Shown here in pieces: positions 1 through 10,075 of a stretch of DNA of 64,000 bases; the first letter of the stretch is position 1; each line of letters opens with the position of its first letter. This DNA is from Rebecca billardiae RCC1528. Lineage: Eukaryota; Protista; Haptophyta. A program made the translations under genes and the position numbers. Location: positions 496,001 to 560,000 of the forward strand of contig OZ251249.1 of the NCBI GenBank assembly GCA_965240325.2, given 5' to 3'. The notes beneath the pieces are model-generated. The model was not told where the DNA came from. It was given only the letters and a program-made list of their open reading frames with translations, and searched no databases.

Positions 1-745
1 TGACGACGATAACACGGCGCCGGCAAAGCAGGACTTGAGAGCACTGCAGCACTCTGCACTGCTACGTCGCGACGACAATGAGATGGAGAACAACTACGCA
101 GGTGAGCGCCAAATGGCAGCAGCAGCTGACGGTGCGCAGCAGCCGATTGCGTTTCGCCGTTATGCCCAGGCAGCATATCCCGGCGGGGCGTTGTGATGTT
201 GAGATGATTGACCTCGTTGAAGCGCGCTCGGCCGCACCTCGACCACCGCACAACGATGCAGATTGGCGGCGTGAGCGTAGCAGTGGCCACAAGATCGCTC
301 GCAGCTTCAGGCGACCCACACACGGCGAGCTCGATGCAAGACGTGAAATGTATGCGAGAGTGGCGAGCGCTCGCCTGACTCGCGAAGACGCCAGACGATG
401 GGGGTGTCGGAACACCCGAATCATCGTCACCCGCCCGTGCGAGAGCGCGCGCTGCGACCCGGCCGCGTGGCCACTGCGAGGAGCGGATGGAGGAGACGAT
501 CCTGCCATCGGAAAGGGTTGAGCAGAGCTCCCTGCTCACGATGCATCGCATCGCATCGGGATATCAAGCCGCTGGAACGCCCGCAGGCCGCGGAACCCGC
601 ACGAGCGTGGCTGACGAAAGACATGATGCGTTGACGCGTCGTGCCACAACCGGGCCGCGAGGGCCGGTGCGCTTCGCGAACCGTCGCAACTTTCGTCCAT
701 ATCTGGAGACTGGTGTTTGGTATGAGCGAGCGGCTTCTCTATTGA

Positions 746-957
746 ACCCAGTGCCACCTCTATTCGAACCCAGTGCCACCTCTAAGTGACCCAGTGCCAC
801 CCTTCTATGAACCCAGTGCCACTTCTTCTATGATGACATATGGGGACCCAGTGCCACTGCTACCCGCCTGGCACTGGGTTTGCTATTGATTTTCATATTG
901 GTAACCCAGTGCCACCCACCCCCGGCACTAAGAAGGCCTGCCTATATTAGGCAGGCC
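746..957. repeat. Cluster of ACCCAGTGCCAC motifs (6 direct, 1 inverted) ending in a 10-bp hairpin; resembles transposon subterminal repeats
   Basis: Direct copies start at 746, 768, 789, 811, 846 and 904. An inverted copy lies at 869-879. Hairpin GGCCTGCCTA-tat-TAGGCAGGCC at 935-957. Confidence 0.85.
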
Positions 958-1726
958 CCTATATTAAACAGCGGGGGCCTAGCGGCCTTTTCCCGGTGGG
1001 GCTGGTCGAACACAGCGCGTCTAGGACGCGACGGAGAAGCTTGCCAGGGCCGGCAGACCCGACGACGATGAGACGAGTTGGCCGTTCAGCGCTGACTAAC
1101 GGTATCATCCGGGCTGCCGCGTCTTCGCGCGTCGCGTGTGCGATTTAGCCATTAGCCAGGTGCGGCAGCGTGGCTCTCCCAGTTCTGCAAGGCCCACCGA
1201 GGCGCCAGCGAGGCGCGCGTCGATGCAGTCGTCGCTGCGCACGGCCGCTCGGGCACGGCGGCACGGCAACGGCACGCACCGATCACGCCGTGCGTGCGCG
1301 CGTCGGCCATCGACGCGTGGTAGTCGTGCAGCAACTGCAGTCCGCACGTCGTGCGCGCTGCTGCCGCCGGACGCCCAGATGGCGCGCGACCGCGTCGGTC
1401 GCGGCGGCCTCGCGCGCCGCGCGCGGTTCGGCTCGACGCGCGGCGTGACCCTCGCGGCGCTCCGCGTTGCGCGCCTCGTCCACGCCGTTCAGCGTGCTCG
1501 CCAGCCGCGCTGCGCGAGGCACGCGTCGAGCGCTGCCGGCGTCTCGCAGTTTGGGTGCGAGGCCGCGGGCGCGCGCGCGCCGGGGCGCGTGGCCTCGTGC
1601 GGTGCACGGCGAGGCGCGCCAGGTCCGTACCGTTACCGTATTGTATAGGCGGTATGAACTGGGTAAGACGGTAGCTAAGATCGCCGCCAGATTTGTGGGA
1701 ATCGCAACGACATCTCCATGCGGCGC

Positions 1727-1825
1727 GCGCAAAAATTAACCACATGCGCTTCGATTCCCGAGGCGTGCCCTAATTGGCGCAAAAATTAACCAAGTGCGTT
1801 CTCGATTCCCGAGGCGTGCCTAATC
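1727..1825. repeat. Two-copy tandem repeat, 50-bp unit
   Basis: GCGCAAAAATTAACCA...TCGATTCCCGAGGCGTGCC(C)TAAT starting at 1727 and 1777. Confidence 0.85.
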
Positions 1826-2042
1826 AAAAAACGTTTGAGGCCCCATTGTTCGTATTCCTACTCCGGTATTACTTGGGACAGCAGTAGGTGACACACAATT
1901 AAAGGGGGTCGGAGCTGGGTCTCCCAGGGCTTTGTCACGAATTAAAATTGTTTAAAGCTGTGTTCACCAGAAAAGGGTTAAGCCACTATAACTGTCAGGC
2001 AGCCGCCATCGTGCGACGACGTGCACGCGGCCCACGTGCGCG

Positions 2043-2187
2043 AATTTGTGCGACATTCACAGCGACGAGGTCGCGGTCCCCGGCCGCTCCGACGCGCTCT
2101 TGACTTCCGCGCGGGACGTGCGGAGGTCAAGCACCCATCCTACTCGTCGACGGTGCTGACCTCGCCGCCCTGAATGTCGCACAAATT
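2043..2187. repeat. Inverted repeat pair (about 30 bp, 17 bp perfect), possible MITE remnant
   Basis: AATTTGTGCGACATTCA at 2043-2059 pairs with TGAATGTCGCACAAATT at 2171-2187, with imperfect extension inward. Confidence 0.75.
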
Positions 2188-3402
2188 TGAGATTGGCACC
2201 TCGGGCGTGGGCCGCGACACGCATGCCAGGTCCGCGCGGCGCTCTGTGGGCAAGCGAGCCAAGGGGCGCAGCGAGTCCGGTGCGGCTGTCGTACGGGTCG
2301 AGCGCGAGCGCCGAGTCGCAGCCGCGCGCGCGCCGCGCCGCTGGCGCCGGGTCGCCCGGGGGAGAAGGAGCAGCTGCACTGCTCCTCTGCCATCACGCGA
2401 TCCGCCGGCAGAAAGACCAGACTTTGCGCCCAGTTTTGACCAAAACGATGGGTTTTTAACTCCGCGCGATCTGGGTAACCTGACAGTTATAGATAGTGGC
2501 TCGGCCCCTTAGCTGTATCTCTGTTTGTGCCACTGGACAGGCATGTGAGCACTTGATTGCCTGGCTAGATGTGGTCTAGCACAGCCCACTCCCTGGCCAT
2601 TCTGACGAGTGGGTGGCTGCTTGGCCAGCTCTCCATGCTGGGCTGTGGTGCCATCCAGAGTGCGGCATGTGCAGCAGCCCAGGTGGGTGCAGCGAGGGGT
2701 GCGGCAGGCAGCAGTGGGTGGTCAGCTTGAAAATCCATGATGCAGGCCAGCCACCAGCAGCTAGGCTGCAGAGCTCTTGGCTGCACCAGCCCCACTCCAG
2801 CCCCCTCAAGTCGGGTGGCTGGCCACCCTCTGGGTGTGTCAGCTGGTGCTGCTGCTGCTGGCCTCCCAGTGCAGGGGAGCTGACCCGACAGGTCCTTGCG
2901 CAGGTGGCCGGGTGCGGGATTGGGCACTGTGCCACCGAGCAGCTGCATCCCATGAGCTCCCCCCCAGGTGGCATGCAGCCCTCCCTAGGGGGTACCAGAT
3001 CCACTGCCAAGCACAATTTAGGCCTGGTCTGTGTGGGCACACTGCCCGCGACCAGTGACGACAAGCCTGCGGCAGGATTGACTGGCCAGCTGCGACAGGC
3101 TGTACGCCTGCAGCCGTGTGACCTGCTGGTGTGCCCAACTTCAGCCCACGCGCGCTGGGGCTGACGCGCTGGGTCGAAACCGTCGTGCACGGGCCGCGGG
3201 GGCCGCCTGGATCAGCCCAGGGGGGCAGGGTGAGCAGTGGCGTGCAGCTCAGTCAGAATGTGACAATTAATTGTTGAGACCCCTGTAAAGGCCTCAGTCC
3301 TGCGCTTCGCGTGCGCGGTGCGGCTGCCGAAATTGACAATGTTGTGCGGCGCCAGTTTTTGCGGGCCGGAAGAATTCGCGGAGATTCCGCGCCCTGCGGA
3401 CG

Positions 3403-4251
3403 ATGGCCGCCGCGCTCGCGCTTCGTCGCTGCCTCGTCCTCTCGCGACTCGCGCTCCTGCCCGGCGCGTGCGCCGGCGTGCCGCCCGCGGGCGCCCCTCC
3501 GCGCTGCGCCGTTTCGATGTCCACCTCGCCCCCCGCCGACGCGGCCGCGCCCGCCGCCTCCGCCGTCCCCTTCCTCTCCGCCGCCGACGCGGCGGCGCTG
3601 GACGAGGAGCTGATGAGCTCGCCCGGCTTCTCGCTCGACCAGCTGATGGAGCTGGCGGGGCTCAGCGTCGCCGCGGCGGTGGAGGCGCACTACCCGCTCG
3701 CCACGCACCCGCGCGTGCTCGCCGTCTGCGGCCCGGGCAACAACGGCGGCGACGGCCTCGTCGCCGCGCGCCACCTCACGCACTTTGGGCGGCGCGTCGC
3801 CGTCGTCCTGCCCAAGCGCAACACGAAGAAGGCGATCTTCGGCAACCTGCTCGCTCAGCTCGGGGACCTGCACGTGCCCGTGCTCGATGCCGTGCCCGCC
3901 GACCTCGCCGCGCAGTACGACGTCGTCCTCGACGCCGTCTTTGGCTTCTCGTTCGCTGGCGACGTGCGGCCGCCGTTTGACGGCGCGCTCGCGGCGCTGC
4001 GGCAAAGCCCGGTGCCCGTCGTCTCGGTGGACGTGCCGTCGGGCTGGGACGTAGACGCGGGGGACGCGCGGGGCGAGGGGTTCCGGCCCGACGCGCTCGT
4101 CTCGCTCACCGCGCCCAAGCGCTGCGCCGCCACCTTCGACGGCGCGCACTTCCTGGGCGGCCGGTTTGTGCCGCCGCACATCGTGGCCAAGTACGGCCTG
4201 CAGGGGCTGCCGCCGTTCAAGGGCGCGGAGCAGGTGGTGCGCATCGCGTAG
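3403..4251 (+). CDS. NAXE: NAD(P)H-hydrate epimerase (YjeF N-terminal domain) with N-terminal targeting peptide
   Basis: Single-exon 282 aa. Contains LDEELM..GFSLDQLMELAG, VCGPGNNGGDGLVAARHL, DAVFGFSF, SVDVPSGWD and LVSLTAPK. Confidence 0.95.
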   Translation: MAAALALRRCLVLSRLALLPGACAGVPPAGAPPRCAVSMSTSPPADAAAPAASAVPFLSAADAAALDEELMSSPGFSLDQLMELAGLSVAAAVEAHYPLATHPRVLAVCGPGNNGGDGLVAARHLTHFGRRVAVVLPKRNTKKAIFGNLLAQLGDLHVPVLDAVPADLAAQYDVVLDAVFGFSFAGDVRPPFDGALAALRQSPVPVVSVDVPSGWDVDAGDARGEGFRPDALVSLTAPKRCAATFDGAHFLGGRFVPPHIVAKYGLQGLPPFKGAEQVVRIA

Positions 4252-4559
4252 GGCGCGGCGCCGCGGCGCAGCGCGGTTGGTGCGGTGGGAAGGTGCGGTG
4301 CCGTGCGAGCTGGCGGCGCCGTCGCTGCGCCGTGAGTGAGGAGTGACCAACGGTGCCGACTCGGTGCGAGCGCTGGCGGTAAGGAGCGGTGAGGAGCCCG
4401 AGAATAAAATGCGCGGATTCTTTTTTATTGCCGGTGGCCCGGTGCGCTAAATTTGCACGCGCGGGTGCCGGGTGGTGGGCGGATGCGCGGCGGAGCCATC
4501 GGAGCCGCCCTTGCACCTCCCGCCCTGCCGCCGCCCGCCCGCGCCGTCGTCGCGCCGCG

Positions 4560-6500
4560 ATGGACGAGTCGATGAGCCCGCTCGAGGTGTACCGCGCGGC
4601 GTGCGCGCGCGAGGGCTGCGAGCCCGTCGCCGCGCTCGCGAGCGCGCTCGAGTCGACCGGCGTGGTGCCGATCGACCTGAACCTGAGCAACGAGCCGCTC
4701 GGGAAGGGTGGCGGTGCAGCGCTCGCCGAGCTGCTCTTCGAGGACCGCTCGATGACGGTGCTCAAGGTGGAGTCGACGGAGCTGTACGACCAGGGCTTCC
4801 AGGCGGTGTGCGAGTCGCTCGAGCGCCACCCGTCCGTCTTCCGCCTCGACGGCGGGTACAACGGCCTGCGCTCGACCAAGCCGCTCGCGAGATTGCTCGA
4901 GATCTCGACCAGCCTGCTCTGCGTGGACGTGTCGGGCAACTCGCTCGGGCCCTCGTTGCTGGGCTTCTCGCCGCTCGCGCCGCTCGCGGAGGCGCTCGCC
5001 AGCGAGCGCTGCCGCCTCCAGCTCCTGCAGCTCGGCAACTGCGACATTGGCGCGCGCGGCGTCGAGGCGCTGGCTGACGGCCTGCGCGGGCAGACGTGCG
5101 TGCGCAGCGCGCGCGCGGCGTGCGCGCGCGCGGAGGGAGATGGGCGCGGAGGGTGGCTCACCCGCGCGCGCGGGCGTCCCGCCTCCGCCCTTGCGCCCGC
5201 AGGAGCGTGCGCCACCTCGTGCTCGACGAGAACGGGCTGACGGCGCGCGCCGCGCCCGCGCTCGCTCGGCTGCTGGCGTCCAACTCGTCGCTCACGTCTC
5301 TCGACCTCAGGCGCGCGCACGGGGCTGGCGCGGTGGGGACGGGTGGGCATGGGCAGCGTGGGGCGCATGCGCCGCGCGCTCACGCGCGCCCCGCCCCGCG
5401 CCTCGCCGCGCGCCACGCCGCAGGTACAACGCGCTCGCAGACGCGGGCGTGTCCGCACTCGCGCCCGCGCTGGCGGACAACGGCTCTCTCGGCTGCCTCG
5501 TGCTGTGGGGCAACAAGATGGGTGCGCGTGCTGCGGGCGCGCGTGGTGGCGAGAGCGGCGCGTGCTGCTGCTGCTGCTGCTGCGCGGGCGGGCGGGAGTG
5601 GGGCGTGGTGGGCGGCGGGTGGGGGCCACCCGGCCCACTCCCGCGCCGCGCCCGTCCTCAACCGCACCCTCATCCCTCCCTGCCTGCCTGCCTCTCTCGC
5701 GCGCGCGCGTACGCGGCGCAGGCGCGGTGGGCGCACGCGCGCTCGCCGCGGCCGTCTCCGCCAACGGCGCGCTCGAGGTGCTGGACGTGGGCGCGAACAG
5801 CCTGGGCTTCGAGGGCGCGGCCGCGTTCAAGGGCGCGCTCGGAGCGAACGTGAAGCTGCACACGCTCGGCCTCGCCTCGTGCGCGCTCGGGCCGGAGGGC
5901 ATCATCGCGGTCGCAGAGGCGCTGGAGGGCAACCCGCGCGTGCGCAGGCTCGACCTGAGGCGGAACGAGATCGGGCTGGCGGGGCTGATGGCGCTGGCGG
6001 CGGCGGTGCGCACGAACGACCGGCTGCAGGACCTGCTGCTCGACGCGCCCGAGACGGAGGCGGACGGCGGCGGCGCCGCGGGGGCCGGCGCGCTGCCCGA
6101 GGGCGGAGGGGCCGCGCAGCCCGAGCCCGCGGTCGAGCCGGCCGTGGCGCCGATCGCGGACGATGAGCTGGCGATGCGCCGGCAGTTCACAGACGCCATC
6201 GCGCAGCAGTGCGCGGCCAACACGCGCGCGGCGGGGGGCGCGGCCGCGCCGCGCTCGCTGCAGAAGCCCGCGCCGCCCGCGCGCGCGCCCGCGACGCCAG
6301 CGCCGCCGCCGCCACAGCCGCAGCCGCAGCAACAGCCGCAGTCGCCGGCGACGCCGCAGCAGCCACCGCAGCCGCCGCCGCTCGCGCCGCCGGCCGGCAC
6401 GCCACCCGCCGGTCCCGCGGTGGGCGTGAGGCTGGCCGTGCATACCGTGTCGGCCGAGAAGGTGTCGGTGCGAGTGCTGCTGGTGCACCCGCACGCGTAG
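4560..6500 (+). CDS. RNI-like leucine-rich repeat protein with Pro/Gln-rich tail
   Basis: Exons 4560-5095, 5203-5310, 5424-5521 and 5722-6500 splice in frame; intron 2 has a GC donor. Repeats such as LQLGNCDIGARGVEALA, LDVGANSLGFEGAAAF and LDLRRNEIGLAG. Confidence 0.85.
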
Positions 6501-7077
6501 CGGGCAGCGCCGAGCCGGAAATGGCCGATGACCGCGGAACGAAATCTCTTCCCGCCTCCTGGTACATATTCAGCCACTGTCGACGTAGTCGCTCGCGCGC
6601 CTTCGTGTACCCATAAATCGCAAATCCCAATAATATCTCCGTAGGGGAATCATATACCGGTATAGTACCAAAATGCCCGCGCCAGAGTCAATCACCTCGT
6701 CCGAGAATCTCGAGTCCGGGAGAGTGAAATTCCAGACTGCCCCCGTGGCATCTCATGCCTGTGTCTTTAAATCATAGAATTAGTACCCATTTCCGGACTC
6801 AGAGCCTCAACCGTCAACCGGATGACGCGGATTGATGAAATGCAGCGGTGAAATCTCTTCCCATTGCCCGTGATAAATCACGGAAATAAATAGGCACAAA
6901 TCAGCATGGAGTCGCCATTAAATCGGCCAACTTACCAAATGAATAGTCAGGTAATAATGAATCGTTGCACGGGAGACTACTTACTAGCGCAACTGGTCTC
7001 ACGCCTGTATAATTGGGGGTTCCAAAACTGTCCCGACGCCGGCGGTATGGCAGCCGCGGCTGCATGCTGAAAAGATA

Positions 7078-9860
7078 GCGCGGCGTTATTTGGCCACTGT
7101 GCTACAGGACTCGACTCTGGTAGCGCAGCGGTCGAACGCCGCACGATCTGATCACGTGCCTAGCTCGCATGGCTCGCGCATGTACAAGCACACTAATCTG
7201 GCAGCCTGGCCTAGCGCCAGGACAACAGCTGTACTGAGGAACTTAGCGCAGTGATACGGCCCTGACATGCCCACCACAGGCTCCTTCCTGCCCCCGGCCT
7301 GGGCGGACGCTGGTAGGCGGAGAAAAACGCGCTCGGCGCGCTCCCCCGCTGGCTCGGCGAGCGACCGAGCCGATGGCTCGGGCAACTTACTGCCTTTTGG
7401 CAGGGCGCCTGCCGCGCGAGGCGAGCCGCGTGCCTTTTCGTGCGGCCTGCGGCGCGCCCGTTTCGCCCGGGTGTTCGCTGTCCGGCTCAGCCGGTGCGGC
7501 TACAGATGAGTAAGTCACCACGAGCCTTCGGCCTTGATCACCACATCATGCTCAGTATACGGGCGTCCTAGCTCGGCGTGCTGCGCTTCTCTGACCGCGA
7601 AGTGCGTGAGTGTGAGGTGAGCACCCTTCCACCCGTTCAGGCGCCCGCTGTCGGGTCGGATCTGGGGGTTGGCCCGCGGCGCTCGCGGAAAACATTTCAA
7701 TTGAAATGGCTTCCGGCTGCGCGCCGGTAAAGTGGCCCTGCCAGTGGCGTGCGCGGCCTCGCCTCGCGTGCGCGTCAGTGAAGACGAAGGCTGGGCCACG
7801 GCGCGCGAGGCGGGTACGTCTGGTCGCACCTACTGACCCCTTTTTGACGCTCATGGCTCGCCTCCGTAGCCTCTTCTGCGCCCATGGTCACTGCGTACGT
7901 TCATGCGTCTGCATGCCGGTGCGGCTGGCGGTGCTTGCGCCGTCGCTTCATCGCACCGGATGTGCTGCAAGGGCAAGACGCGGGCTTCCTGAAGAGAGAA
8001 CATACATGCCAGCCCCATGCGCACCAGTTCAAGCCAAGACTCAAGCGCATGTCGCGGACAGAAGCGGGCGCGGTAGGCAACGTTTGGCCTTCTCGGTCGG
8101 TGGCAGTCGAGTAGTGCTCAGAAGCGGAGAAGAGGCTGAGGCGGCACACTTCTGCAGAGCCGGATGTCTCTTGAGCAGTTCTTCAAATGATGGCCGCGAT
8201 GCGCCGTCGCCATGGCCATGCCAGCCGCCGCAGACGACACGCGCGACGGGCGGCGCGACGGGTCTTGGCGCTCATCTCGCAGTGACGCGCACTGCGCGCC
8301 ACTGTGTCCGGGCGGAATTATGCGTACCGAGTACGCATAATTCCGCCCCGGACTCGTGTGAGTTAGGTCGGGTCGCCTGAACGGGTGGCAGATGGCCACT
8401 CGCGGTGGTGGTCGATTACACTTTCGGGTGGCACGCGGCTGACGCGATCTGTCGCTCGGGTGACGGCTGATCCGACGGGGGCCGGTTCTGCTTCTCCACA
8501 GGGACAAACCGCCGGTGCCCGCCGGCGGTGCAAAGGAGGCGGTGGCGCGCCTTGTGCTGCTCCACCGCACCCCGCCCCGCGCGCAGCGCGCATGCCGGCG
8601 CCCGCCGCGCAGGACGACGGGCTCGCCCACCCGACGCCCTCGTGTCCGATCCGGCGTCAAGTTCAATTCGGTGCACAAATACACTTCGCGCCGACGGGCC
8701 GTCACGATATCAATCATGGGAGGCTGCCTGGCGACAGGTAGTACACCCATTCTATGATTTAACGACACAGGTCGGACGGCGCAGGTCTCCTGATTCGTCG
8801 TCGGCAGTGCCCGGTCGTCGACACGAAGTCGGCGTTGGTGGCAGAGGGCACCGCGATCGAATGGCTTGAGCGCGGCCTTGAGCTGCTGGAGCGCGATCCA
8901 CTCGCGCTGCGCTGCTCGCATGGACCCTCTGTGCCCCGAGCGACGGGGAGGGTGCAGGGCCGGGTGTCAAACGGCCGTCTCAGCCAGCCGCTGGGCCCTG
9001 GTGGGTGGTCCAGTGGTGATGTGGTCGTCCCCGTGTGCCCTGCGCGGCCGCGGGCGCGCTTGCCGCTCTGCTGAGCTGGCTCGCTGGCGGCGGCTGGCGC
9101 TGCTGCCGCGTGCGGGATACGCTTTGCCCCCGACTGCTGCGCATCCTCGTCGTCCGATTCGTCGTCCATGGACGAGTCTCGGTCCGCGTGGGGGGCAGCA
9201 GCCGGGGCGCCGGGCGCCTTGCGCTCCTGGCGTTTCTCGACGGCGCGCCGCGACGAGGTGCGGGGGCTCGATGGAGATCGAATCCGCCTGTCCTGCGCGT
9301 CACGTCGAGGCCCGCGCTTCCCGCGCCGAGGCTTCTTCTTCCGCTTCTGAGAGTTCTGCTGCTCGCCATTTGCAGCCTGCGCTCCAGTACCCGAGCCCTG
9401 CGCGGCGACCGGGCGCGCCGGCGGAGCCGACTTGCGCGCTCGGCGCGGGGCGGGATGCAGGGGAGCTTTAGAAGGCGCGCCACCACCTCCCTCGCACCGC
9501 TGGCTGCCACCAGCGGGGGTCCCTGTGGAGAGGCATCAGGCCCTTGTGCATCAGGCGGACGCACACACACCGTCAGACGGACACTCCCATCTGGCAGGAG
9601 GGAGATGTAGTGCACCGCGCTCGCGGGAAGCCGTCGGTGGGCGGTCAGCTTTGCTGCGTCATGCCAAAGGCGGCCAAAGGCGGACCTAGAGGCGCACCCA
9701 ACGGGCCGACAGCCCCTCGGGCAGCAGCGCAGTCACGTCGAGGTCGTCCATGCGAGCTTCGCCATACTGGATCTGCTCTTTTGCGCGACGTATGACCGCG
9801 CTGCGCTCCCAGAGTAGTCGGACTCTGGTGGCCGCAGCGCAGCGGTCAAACGCCGCGCGC
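7078..9860. mobile_element. Probable decayed repeat/transposon region bounded by diverged direct repeats, with an internal diverged inverted repeat
   Basis: GACTCTGGT..AGCGCAGCGGTC(G/A)AACGCCGC occurs at about 7078-7145 and 9783-9860. Segment 8480-8600 matches the reverse complement of 9430-9550. No recognisable intact ORF. Followed by (TA)n at 9868-9885. Confidence 0.45.
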
Positions 9861-10075
9861 TGAGCGTTTATATATATATATATATCACTGCTTCATCTTT
9901 AATTCAGTTTCACGCTGCGGCACCACAGTCGGGAAAGCTGCGGCGGCATGTGACTGTCGACAGCCATCGGCCGTCGGTGCATGCGGTGTGCGCGCGCTCA
10001 CCGGGCACGGAGAGCTCAGCCTCCCACACCCACGCTTCGCCGAGCGAGGCGCGGCTGACTCGGCGCGGAGTCACA

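Noticed and set aside
746-915. Possible CRISPR array
   Set aside because: Repeats are 12 bp with about 10-bp mutually similar spacers, there are no cas genes, and the context is eukaryotic.
62-1745. Short ORFs at the window start
   Set aside because: No recognisable motifs or consistent codon bias; probably decayed repeat DNA.
1960-1982. AAAGGG|TTAA, resembling a piggyBac right end
   Set aside because: No matching TTAA|CCCTTT left end found in the window.
8118-8921. LCHQRR as a His-Me finger endonuclease motif
   Set aside because: The other Cys/His/Asn positions do not fit.
9886-9895. CACTG after a TA run (also CACTA at 33246) as further CACTA ends
   Set aside because: No partner inverted terminus found.
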